21,751 nt of DNA, from the IMG/VR virus record IMGVR_UViG_2734482547_000006; one strand, written 5' to 3'. A model generated the notes under the pieces. It was given only the letters and a program-made list of their open reading frames with translations, did not search any database and had not been told where the DNA came from. Shown piece by piece: positions 9,741-17,535 of this stretch. Numbering within the stretch: position 1 is the first letter of the stretch; every line of letters starts with the position of its first letter. The stretch is from a virus. Lineage: Duplodnaviria; Heunggongvirae; Uroviricota; Caudoviricetes. The position numbers and the translations under genes are program-made.

Positions 9741-10505
9741 TTAATCAACGATTGTGATACCGTCTTTCAATGCGTTTTGCTTACCTGCAACATCCAGTGC
9801 ATCAAAAGCAGAGCGTTTCATCGTTTTCTGACCAATATCATGCTGTGTCGGACGGGAGCCGCCGCCATTGTTGCCACTGGCTTTCAGGATGTAGTCTTTC
9901 TGAGGGTAATTTTCGACAAGGAACTCCAGCGCCTCATCAAACTGCGCCAGTTCGCCAGGCTTCGCGCGGGAATAAATTTTGTTGCCGGAAGCGTCATAAG
10001 CAACGATCCTCCCTTCTTCCACTTTGAATGCCTGCCCGAAGCGGGCTTGTAATAAATCTGCCGGGATCGCAATTTTATCGGCAATATATTTTGAACCCGC
10101 AAAACTACCGCCAATCATAGAATCGTAAAGCTGCTTCTCCAGCATCTGAGAGCGTTGCTTTTCTTCATCTAATTGCTGCTGAAAATTTTTCGTAATTTCT
10201 GCCTTAACCTGGTCAACCTGTCCCGCATCGAGCAGCTTTTTCTGGTCGATTTTTGACAGCATTTCCAGTGCCTCGATCGCCTTCTTCGGGTCTTCGATAG
10301 CGGCAAACTTAGCCAGTTTTTCCTCTGCAGCTTCTTTAGCCAGGCGATGATTTTTTGCCTCGCCATTAAGCTCTGTAATTTTTTTTGTCGCCAGCGGTGC
10401 ATCGAAGCCAATTTCTTTACCATCGTCGTGCACATAAACTGGCAGGCCAGCAGTATCAATTTCTGCGTATTGTTTTCCGTTAATCTCGACCGTTTTCAGT
10501 TTCAT
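9741..10505 (-). CDS. Capsid scaffolding protein
   Basis: Highly charged, helical, K/E/A-rich protein between the MuF-like and capsid genes. Start chosen at internal Met MKLKTVEING... (ATG 10503-10505), giving 254 aa. Confidence 0.65.
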   Translation of the reverse strand: MKLKTVEINGKQYAEIDTAGLPVYVHDDGKEIGFDAPLATKKITELNGEAKNHRLAKEAAEEKLAKFAAIEDPKKAIEALEMLSKIDQKKLLDAGQVDQVKAEITKNFQQQLDEEKQRSQMLEKQLYDSMIGGSFAGSKYIADKIAIPADLLQARFGQAFKVEEGRIVAYDASGNKIYSRAKPGELAQFDEALEFLVENYPQKDYILKASGNNGGGSRPTQHDIGQKTMKRSAFDALDVAGKQNALKDGITIVD

Positions 10506-10563
10506 ATTAGTACCTGGTTTAAGTCTTCCGACAGTTACGCTGCTCACCATCCGGATCGCAGCA

Positions 10564-10590
10564 ATAAAAAAGGCCACCCGAAGGTAGCCT
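10564..10590 (-). terminator. Intrinsic-terminator-like hairpin (AGGCTACC-UUCG-GGTGGCCT plus T6) between the MuF-like and scaffold genes
   Basis: On the minus strand an 8-bp stem with one G-U pair and a UUCG tetraloop is followed by TTTTTTATTGC. Confidence 0.45.
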
Positions 10591-10609
10591 GTTGTAATAA
10601 ATGATTTAT

Positions 10610-11725
10610 TTAAATCCCTGCTTTTCTGAATACCTGTGCATCACGCTCACGGAGCTGCTTCAGCGTCAGCCATTCGCCTTTATCGGTGTAAAATTCATCT
10701 GGCGACATACCACCATCCCGAATCAGCTTTGCTCGGCTTTCCCCCACAATCTGTTTTTGTCTGGTGTAAGGCTGACGCAAAAACCATTCCCTGTAGGTTG
10801 TATCTCCGGCCACCACGCCATCCATGCTGGCCCGCTCAGCCGGGGAAATATCGCGAACATCAATACCCAGTTCCTTCGCTGATTTCAGAATGAACGTTTC
10901 CGTTGAGCGGCAGCAGAAATGAATTTTTCCCGGCCCCTGCAAATAAGGCACGCTGTGACCTACAGGTTTATTATTCAGCGTATATTTGAGGCGATCCCTG
11001 ATTCGACATTGTGGCGTAGTACGATTATCAAGCGTTGATAACCATTGCTTACCCTTAATCAAATCATTATTCGCGCTGGCAAAACTCTCACGGGCAGTAG
11101 CAGCAAGATGTCCAACCGCTGTTTTTGCAATGCTGGCCGCATTAGCCCGGCTCATCTGCAATGCACCATCCTGAAATCCCTTACTGACATGTCCCCGAAT
11201 TTTTCTTGCGATCTGCTCATTGGTATCCCCCAGCAAAAAACCCTGACGCACTGTATTTGTTATGCGTCTGAGCCGATCCGCCTCAAGATCTGAGGCCCAC
11301 TCACTGAGCAGTCGTCCCTGGAATGGTCGCGCCATTGCAGCGGCATAAAGTGCATCAGGAGAGATACCAACCAGAGGGTGAACATCAGCAACAAAATCAG
11401 GTAGCATAGAATCAAACAGACTTAACTGATAACCAGCCTCATAAATTGCCAGCTCGTTCAGCTCTCCGGAGAGACTGGTAAACATGCTGTTAATAGCAGT
11501 GCGGTTAACCTCTCTGACGCTCGCCAGAAGTGACTCCAGGCGCTTAACGGTAAAACTACCTGGATCGAGGCTGTCCAGTGCTATCAGCAGGCGAGCAGTA
11601 AGTTCCGCATCGCTGTCATTCAGTATTTTCACCATTCTGGCAGCCACGCCAGTGCTATAGCGGGATATCCAGACTGCATGAGCAATTGATTCATCACGCA
11701 GCCGTTCATTCACGGTTTGCATCAT
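10610..11725 (-). CDS. Phage head morphogenesis protein (MuF / SPP1 gp7 family)
   Basis: 371 aa directly downstream of the portal gene with a 20-nt overlap, the usual place for a MuF-type minor head protein. Family assigned from recalled sequence character and synteny. Confidence 0.65.
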   Translation of the reverse strand: MMQTVNERLRDESIAHAVWISRYSTGVAARMVKILNDSDAELTARLLIALDSLDPGSFTVKRLESLLASVREVNRTAINSMFTSLSGELNELAIYEAGYQLSLFDSMLPDFVADVHPLVGISPDALYAAAMARPFQGRLLSEWASDLEADRLRRITNTVRQGFLLGDTNEQIARKIRGHVSKGFQDGALQMSRANAASIAKTAVGHLAATARESFASANNDLIKGKQWLSTLDNRTTPQCRIRDRLKYTLNNKPVGHSVPYLQGPGKIHFCCRSTETFILKSAKELGIDVRDISPAERASMDGVVAGDTTYREWFLRQPYTRQKQIVGESRAKLIRDGGMSPDEFYTDKGEWLTLKQLRERDAQVFRKAGI

Positions 11726-13112
11726 TGATTTCCATCAGCATTACACTCTGATTTTTTAATTCATCGATCACTTCCTCTGGACGGGAATCCTGATCGATAA
11801 ATTTCAACGCCTGCAACACCCGAACCGCATCAATCTGACGTATATCACCGCCCTGACGCAATGACTGAACAGCCAGCGCGGAGGATGAGTCAAACACCTG
11901 GGCAGATACATCCAGTTCAGTGCGCACATCCACATTGCCACCGCAACTCTCTCCGCTCCATTCCGCCATTATCTGGAGAATATTATCGAGGGCATCTTCG
12001 AGGGAGTTCGCCATTGTATAAAGCGGCGAGTGTTCCTGCATCCGCTCTTCATTAGTCTGATCAACAGATTTGGTGGATGTATTTTCAGCCCGCAGAAGTT
12101 TAGCGCCGGCATGACGCATCTGATTTTCCAGCTTCTCAAGTGATGTTTCGCCAGATTCTATCGCTGCGCCACTATGTTCAACATATTCGAGGCCATTTTT
12201 TGTTCTGTCCTCAAAAATCGTAGCCGTGGATGCACCAACCGTCAGTTCTTCATTCCTGTCCAGCCCGTAGGCCACCAGCAATGGAACGCGGGCAACATGA
12301 AGAATATTGTCCTGCTCGCTCTGGCTTTGCCAGTGCTTGATATTCAGCAAGCCAAGATTAAGCAATGGCGGTGTACCACGCATAAACCCTGTTTTCTTCG
12401 TATACAGTGTTACCAGAGGAATATCATCACGGCTGGTATTCCATGACTCATGAAGCATCCAGACAGATTCGCCATTAGTACCTTCGCTGCGTCGATAAAT
12501 TTCTACTCGACGGGGCATAATATGGCGGATCTGCTCCACCTTCTTCTGCCCGAAATCATCACCATCAATAATGATGACCTCTTTTATACGCAAATCAGTG
12601 AGAACAACTTTCCCTTTTTCAACTTTCGATTTCCATCCAATAACCTGGCGTGGATTCAGCATCGTAACGTACGGGCGACCACCGGCCGCGTTTTCATCGG
12701 CTTTTGTCCGAATCTCGTTCATATCCGTTCGTGGATAGTCCACCAGCGCATGTGCCACACCATACTGAAATGCGAGACTGAAAAATTGCTGCGCCCACAC
12801 ATCCAGTCGGCTCCCCTCCATGTCGATATTTTCTGCATATTCCCTGATTTTTTCCGGCGTTTCCTCACTCAATACTGTCGGCTCTGCAAATATGCGCCCA
12901 ATATTTTGTTTGATGCTTTCTTCATACACAGGAAGTAACGTAGCCACAGACAGGCGTTTTTTATAAGCGTCTTCATCTTCATTAGGCCATTTGGGGAGAT
13001 AATTTTCCCCCTGCCTGCGCATTTCAAGCGTACCGCCCATCAATGCGTCGTTAATATCCCACGCCTCCAGCATATCGTTATAGTCGAGGTTGGGTGTTGA
13101 TATATCAGCCAT
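11706..13112 (-). CDS. Portal protein
   Basis: 468 aa, immediately downstream of the terminase large subunit, with size and acidic C-terminus typical of portals. Confidence 0.8.
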   Translation of the reverse strand: MADISTPNLDYNDMLEAWDINDALMGGTLEMRRQGENYLPKWPNEDEDAYKKRLSVATLLPVYEESIKQNIGRIFAEPTVLSEETPEKIREYAENIDMEGSRLDVWAQQFFSLAFQYGVAHALVDYPRTDMNEIRTKADENAAGGRPYVTMLNPRQVIGWKSKVEKGKVVLTDLRIKEVIIIDGDDFGQKKVEQIRHIMPRRVEIYRRSEGTNGESVWMLHESWNTSRDDIPLVTLYTKKTGFMRGTPPLLNLGLLNIKHWQSQSEQDNILHVARVPLLVAYGLDRNEELTVGASTATIFEDRTKNGLEYVEHSGAAIESGETSLEKLENQMRHAGAKLLRAENTSTKSVDQTNEERMQEHSPLYTMANSLEDALDNILQIMAEWSGESCGGNVDVRTELDVSAQVFDSSSALAVQSLRQGGDIRQIDAVRVLQALKFIDQDSRPEEVIDELKNQSVMLMEINDANRE

Positions 13113-13114
13113 AA

Positions 13115-14416
13115 TTAAATCCGAAGTGATGTGACTCTTCCGGTCGGTTTGACAATAGGGAATTGCTTAACGATGAAATAACCTCCGGCATCATTCGGGT
13201 GATCATTGCCAGATTTTTTATCAGGCTCCCCCTTATCATCCCAGACCTGTTGCTCCAGAGATTCGGCATATACCGGACAACGCTTCACATTAACTTTATA
13301 GCGACGCTCACCATTGGCATTGCAGAACATTGCATTCATTGAGTTAACGCGATCTTTTACTGGCGGGTTCGAGCTGTTCACCACAACGTTAAAACCTGCC
13401 TGCTTAAGCTGGGCTATATCCGTCGTACTTGCGTTACTTGATTTTCTGGAATCTCCGGAAGCATCTGGATAAATATAAATCTCCCTCACTTTCCGGTAAT
13501 CATGCCCGTCATACAGCCAGAAGCGTTCTTTAATGAGGCGGATCATATCCGGCGTATCGTAGGCATTGATGATTTCAGTTACCGCACATGGAAGCCCCAA
13601 ACGCAGCACATGGACGATTCCCGCCATCTTTCCAACGTTAAAATCCATCCCAATATAAATCGGCTCCCCTGGCTGCTCCACTTCTTCGCAATTATTCAGT
13701 TTCCGGTCAAACTGATGGTAAACAGTACCACTTGTCAGGTTAGTAAACCGTCCTAGAAGATAGGCTTTAATCAGCTCTGGAGGGTATGATTCAAGAAGTG
13801 AAGGAATGTAATCTGCTGGCAGGTTCTTTTCATTATCGAAAGTAGATGCCTGCACCAGACCATACAGTGAGGCCAGCTCTGTTTTTTCACGCACGGCTTT
13901 AACAAACTGCTCGTAGACAAATTTGAATCCTTCCGGCGTGGTTGTAACGTCAATACCGTTGCGAAGTCCATCAATCTTATAACGCATACGCGCAATTATC
14001 TTGCGCCACGCCGTTCTGGCTTTTTCCTTCGGCAAAATGTCCAGTTCATCCACCAGCGCATTACCAATTTTGAAACCGACGATCGTTTGTGGCTTCTCCA
14101 TCGATCTGCAGATAGTGGTTCCCCGATACTGGCGTCCGTAATAAAAGTGAACCTCTTTATTTCCCTCATTAATTTTTACGTTCAATCCCCAGTCAGCAGC
14201 AACTTCTTCCACTGTAGGGTAAAAAATATCGCGAATTTGGGGATACGTTGGCGCAAAATATCCCTGATTTATACCTGGATGCTCCCAAATCCCCTTGCAT
14301 ATGCCGCCACACCCAACCCATGTTTTGCCCGAGCCAAAACCAGCAATATAGGCTTTAAATTTATGGGGCATTGAAAGAAATCGCGCCTGAGGCACATTAA
14401 GCGTCGGAGAGATCAT
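13115..14416 (-). CDS. Terminase large subunit
   Basis: Walker A-like motif GFGSGKT near the N-terminus and an acidic nuclease-type C-terminal half. Start is probably ATG 14414-14416 (MISPTLN...), 8 nt after AGGAG; the track start at 14425 is a GTG lying too close to that RBS. Confidence 0.85.
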   Translation of the reverse strand: MISPTLNVPQARFLSMPHKFKAYIAGFGSGKTWVGCGGICKGIWEHPGINQGYFAPTYPQIRDIFYPTVEEVAADWGLNVKINEGNKEVHFYYGRQYRGTTICRSMEKPQTIVGFKIGNALVDELDILPKEKARTAWRKIIARMRYKIDGLRNGIDVTTTPEGFKFVYEQFVKAVREKTELASLYGLVQASTFDNEKNLPADYIPSLLESYPPELIKAYLLGRFTNLTSGTVYHQFDRKLNNCEEVEQPGEPIYIGMDFNVGKMAGIVHVLRLGLPCAVTEIINAYDTPDMIRLIKERFWLYDGHDYRKVREIYIYPDASGDSRKSSNASTTDIAQLKQAGFNVVVNSSNPPVKDRVNSMNAMFCNANGERRYKVNVKRCPVYAESLEQQVWDDKGEPDKKSGNDHPNDAGGYFIVKQFPIVKPTGRVTSLRI

Positions 14417-15491
14417 CTTCATCACTCCTTAATCTGGCATCAACCACATTAATATTGATCGCCACAGGCTGGGGATGTTCATTATCCTCCACCGTTTCGA
14501 TCTCTTTGCGCAGCTTCTGGTTCTCTATTCTGCGCCGTTCAATTTCCAGTTCCTGTAGCCGCTTATCTGCACATAATGCCCCGCCAGCAGAAAGCAAACG
14601 CAACAATTCACGCCGGGCGGCAGCCTTATCCTCCAGCAGGATCTCAACACCGTATTTTCCGAGCTTTGACCCTGCATATAATTGCCGCGCATCCCCATCA
14701 AGCAGTGTGGTATCAGCCATATAAAGCTGTCCTGTTCCCTCACCGCAGCACTTCGGGCAATCAGGATTGGGTATGGCGTTATCAACAAAGCCGAGGCCTC
14801 CATATTCCGGCTCGGGTTTACCATCTCTGGAGGCCTGTGCCGCAGCCTTATCGAATTCTGCAATATCACGCCACTGGTAGAGATGATTCTCGCCCCAGCA
14901 ATAACGGCAGTTAACACGGCGAAATTGTGCCAACTGATTGGGGTCGGCCTGGACAATGGCCATCAACTGGCTCACCAGTAAATCCAGGTCTGCGGTATAG
15001 CGTTTCTGGTACTGATTGCGGAAGTAGCTGATAGCACGATAAACCCTGGCATTTCTAAGCATACGGCTGGCGTTGCTGTTAGCTGTCGCACCTTGCCCCT
15101 CATAACCAGCCAGTCGGTATGCCTCTGTCGGCTTTTTCCCCTGAGCAACCAACATGGCGAATTTTGCCTGCTGGTCAGAAATACCGAATTCATCGGGGCA
15201 GAACGAAATTTCTTCCGTGTCCCCCTCAATCAGGAGTGCATCGGATACAGCCTTTTTTTTCTGAGATTTTCCGTTCTGCCTTTGCGCAGTCTGCGCAGTT
15301 TTTTTTCGCGCACTTTTTTGCGCAGTTTTGCGCATTTCTTTCTGCGCATTTTTCGGAGTTTTTTTGATGTAACGACGGGCTGTTGCGTAGTTCAGTCCCC
15401 TTGCTTCACACCATGCCACCGGAGATATACCGGAGCGGGTGTATTCAGCAATATACTCCTGCTGCAACGCCCCCCAGTCCGGTCTGCTCAT
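14397..15491 (-). CDS. Terminase small subunit (putative; N-terminal HTH, Lys-rich linker, CxxC...CxxC zinc ribbon)
   Basis: 364 aa immediately upstream of and overlapping the terminase large subunit gene. N-terminus YIAEYTRSGISPVAWCEARGLNYATARRYIKK looks like an HTH; Cys pairs CRYC and CPKCC are present. Large for a small subunit, so assignment rests on position. Confidence 0.6.
   Translation of the reverse strand: MSRPDWGALQQEYIAEYTRSGISPVAWCEARGLNYATARRYIKKTPKNAQKEMRKTAQKSARKKTAQTAQRQNGKSQKKKAVSDALLIEGDTEEISFCPDEFGISDQQAKFAMLVAQGKKPTEAYRLAGYEGQGATANSNASRMLRNARVYRAISYFRNQYQKRYTADLDLLVSQLMAIVQADPNQLAQFRRVNCRYCWGENHLYQWRDIAEFDKAAAQASRDGKPEPEYGGLGFVDNAIPNPDCPKCCGEGTGQLYMADTTLLDGDARQLYAGSKLGKYGVEILLEDKAAARRELLRLLSAGGALCADKRLQELEIERRRIENQKLRKEIETVEDNEHPQPVAININVVDARLRSDEDDLSDA
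15283..15348. repeat. Six copies of (T/C)GCGCA separated by T-runs inside the 5' part of the small terminase gene; candidate pac / TerS recognition site
   Basis: Plus strand reads tTGCGCAgtcTGCGCAgtttttttTCGCGCActtttttTGCGCAgttttGCGCAtttctttcTGCGCAttttt, with copies at about 15283, 15292, 15307, 15319, 15329 and 15343. It encodes the KTAQKSARKKTAQTAQ low-complexity linker. Confidence 0.35.
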
Positions 15492-15494
15492 CAG

Positions 15495-15746
15495 TTAGTC
15501 CTGATTTTTATCCACCCTGAGTAGTTCGCGCAGAGCAAAGGCATCCCCTTTTCTGGCAAGCTTAAACAATGCCGCTCGTAACTCGGCTTCACCTTTCGCT
15601 CTGCCCTTACGGATGGCCGCATAAAAATCTGTCATTGCTTCCCGATTTTCTTTCAGTCGGTTCAGATCAACATCCAGAACGTCAGCGATTTGTTGTGCAG
15701 TCATCCGGCACGCTGCCAGAGACTCGACTTTCGAATACGGAATCAT
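15495..15746 (-). CDS. Small hypothetical protein (83 aa), possibly DNA-binding, immediately upstream of the small terminase gene
   Basis: ATG at 15744-15746 with GGGGG 6 nt upstream. Basic, helical C-terminus. Overlaps the 3' end of the glycosyltransferase gene by 65 nt. Could be a second DNA-recognition component of the terminase. Confidence 0.45.
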   Translation of the reverse strand: MIPYSKVESLAACRMTAQQIADVLDVDLNRLKENREAMTDFYAAIRKGRAKGEAELRAALFKLARKGDAFALRELLRVDKNQD

Positions 15747-16614
15747 TTGTCACCCCCATTGATATGCAGGGTGTCTTCTTCCTGTATTTTTCGTGAAGGA
15801 TTTTTACTGCAGCGTTGTTCCAGGTGACCTGATGGTGAATGCGTTTATGGCTGGCACCCATCAGTGAGATTTTTACGCACGACGGCGAATACATGACGGA
15901 GTAAAAACTTTTAACGTAGGTTCCGGAATCCAGATACAGCTCGGTCATTCCGCCGCTGTTTTTCTGCGTCTGTTTCTGCCCTAACTGGACAGCACCGATC
16001 GTCATAAACAATTCACCACAGCGACCGAGATTCGTGTACGTATTCACATCCTCGTTAATGCGCCCCATGAATGAGAACGGTCGATCAACCGAACAGATAA
16101 AGCTGTTCATTGCCTTGCGTTTCACCCACGAAGCATGGCCGCCATTGTCACCAAGAAAATCCCCGCCCTGCGACATAGCGATGGAAAGCGCGGGTATTGA
16201 TTCGTAATACGCCAGCATTTCAGAAAGGATCGCATCCAGTTTCCTTATCGGGAAATAGGCCTGGTCATAGTTGCGATCCACCCGAAACTGGAACTCGTGA
16301 TAATCATCATCGAGCTGAATGAAGTATTTACACCCGACCAGTTTTGCCAGGTCGAAACAGGCATTACGGGCGTAAAAAATTGAGCGGCGATCACCAAAAT
16401 TATCGGCTTCGTCAAAACGACTGGCAATATCGGCTTTGGAAAATACCAGCACCTGTTCACCAAATTCAGCCATGTACTGATGCCGTGTCTTATCTTCATC
16501 ATCAACAACGATAAAAATTTTCCCGGTATAGCCAGCACGACGCAACGTCCGGTAAGTCAGAACTTTGTCCGGTCGCCCGTGAGTCAGAATAAAGGCGCAA
16601 AAATCATCACGCAT
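15682..16614 (-). CDS. Soluble GT-A fold (GT2-like) glycosyltransferase
   Basis: Contains CAFILTHGRP...KIFIVVDDED and ARNACFDLAKLVGCKYFIQLDDD, which fit the GT2 consensus around the DXD motif. No hydrophobic membrane segments seen. Likely start is ATG 16612-16614 (MRDDF...), preceded by GGGGAGGAGGAGGAAT and overlapping the ParB-like stop by 8 nt. Confidence 0.6.
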   Translation of the reverse strand: MRDDFCAFILTHGRPDKVLTYRTLRRAGYTGKIFIVVDDEDKTRHQYMAEFGEQVLVFSKADIASRFDEADNFGDRRSIFYARNACFDLAKLVGCKYFIQLDDDYHEFQFRVDRNYDQAYFPIRKLDAILSEMLAYYESIPALSIAMSQGGDFLGDNGGHASWVKRKAMNSFICSVDRPFSFMGRINEDVNTYTNLGRCGELFMTIGAVQLGQKQTQKNSGGMTELYLDSGTYVKSFYSVMYSPSCVKISLMGASHKRIHHQVTWNNAAVKILHEKYRKKTPCISMGVTNDSVFESRVSGSVPDDCTTNR

Positions 16615-17398
16615 ATTCCTCCTCCTCCCCGCCATGCATGATCTCCACCATGCGCTGCGTCATTCGGACAAATCCATTTTCAATAGCCTGCTGATAATCA
16701 ATGATCACCAGCGCCGACTCCTCGAAAAGGCACTGAATTTCAGCGGGGGCATGAGCGTAATAGTCCGCAATTCTGCTGAAATTAAACACTGTGTGACGTT
16801 CTGCCGCACACAGGAGGAATTTCTCAATATCAAGATCAAGGGACGCCGAACGTATCCGGCTGATCAGCTCCTGAGTTTTCGTATCGTCGTACAGTTCACT
16901 GATATCCGGTTTACCGCCCGACGGCTCATAAACAGGCGTATCAATTTTCGTCGTATACGGCTCCTCCTCATTTCCTGTACCGGGCAAAACATCCGTCAAC
17001 AGTTCATCAATTTCTGTCGGGATGAAGCCTGTCAGGGAGACATCAAAATCAGCATTGATTAGGTCCGACAGCTCCATCCGCAACAGATCTTCATCCCAGC
17101 CAGCATTCATCGGCAGGCGATTATCTGCCAGGCGGTACGCCTTTTTCTGCTCATCCGTCAGGCCAGACAGAACAATGACCGGAACAGAATCCATTTTGAG
17201 CATTTCAGCCGCCATAACACGACCGTGACCCGCAATAATTTCGCCCTTTTCGTCAATCAGCACCGGATTAGTCCAGCCGAATTGCTTAATACTTTCTACC
17301 AGTTGTGCCACCTGCTCAGTACTGTGCGTCCTGGCATTGTGCGCATACGGTGACAATTCTTGTAATGGGCGATAGACTATCTTTAATTTCTCGCTCAT
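16607..17398 (-). CDS. ParB-like nuclease domain protein (ParB/Srx N-terminal domain, acidic C-terminal half)
   Basis: N-terminal YRPLQELSPYAHNARTHS...PVLIDEKGEIIAGHGRVMAA matches the ParB N-domain pattern including the GxxR box. The C-terminal ~150 aa is strongly acidic. It occupies the position of ynaK in the K-12 Rac prophage map as I recall it. Confidence 0.7.
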   Translation of the reverse strand: MSEKLKIVYRPLQELSPYAHNARTHSTEQVAQLVESIKQFGWTNPVLIDEKGEIIAGHGRVMAAEMLKMDSVPVIVLSGLTDEQKKAYRLADNRLPMNAGWDEDLLRMELSDLINADFDVSLTGFIPTEIDELLTDVLPGTGNEEEPYTTKIDTPVYEPSGGKPDISELYDDTKTQELISRIRSASLDLDIEKFLLCAAERHTVFNFSRIADYYAHAPAEIQCLFEESALVIIDYQQAIENGFVRMTQRMVEIMHGGEEEEYA

Positions 17399-17413
17399 AC
17401 AGCCTTGCTTTAT

Positions 17414-17449
17414 GAATAAAACGCACCCCAGCAGCCAGTGCTACTGGGG
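17414..17449 (-). terminator. Intrinsic-terminator-like hairpin downstream of trkG
   Basis: On the minus strand CCCCAGTAG-CACTGG-CTGCTGGGG (9-bp stem, one mismatch) is followed by TGCGTTTTATTC. Confidence 0.4.
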
Positions 17450-17535
17450 GCGGAGGTGTTGCTGGTAAAGTTAGGTATTGGATCAATGAGTGAGTCAACA
17501 TAATATTAAACTCACAATTATAAATCAGCCATATA

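Noticed and set aside
15283-15348. Repeat array considered as a CRISPR array or transposon end
   Set aside because: Units are 6 bp with irregular 9-15 bp spacing inside a coding region, not 25-40 bp repeats with unique spacers. A packaging or binding site is the better fit.
675-15524. Numerous plus-strand ORFs of 60-160 aa (for example 675..1013, 2971..3258, 3965..4312, 12450..12938, 14087..14374, 15093..15524)
   Set aside because: All lie antisense within well-supported minus-strand structural genes, have no convincing RBS and show odd composition. They are the expected open frames opposite coding sequence.
15682-16614. Glycosyltransferase considered as a GtrB-type O-antigen conversion gene
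   Set aside because: GtrB-type enzymes carry C-terminal transmembrane helices and sit with gtrA and a type-specific gtr next to the integrase; this protein has no hydrophobic segments and lies in the packaging module.
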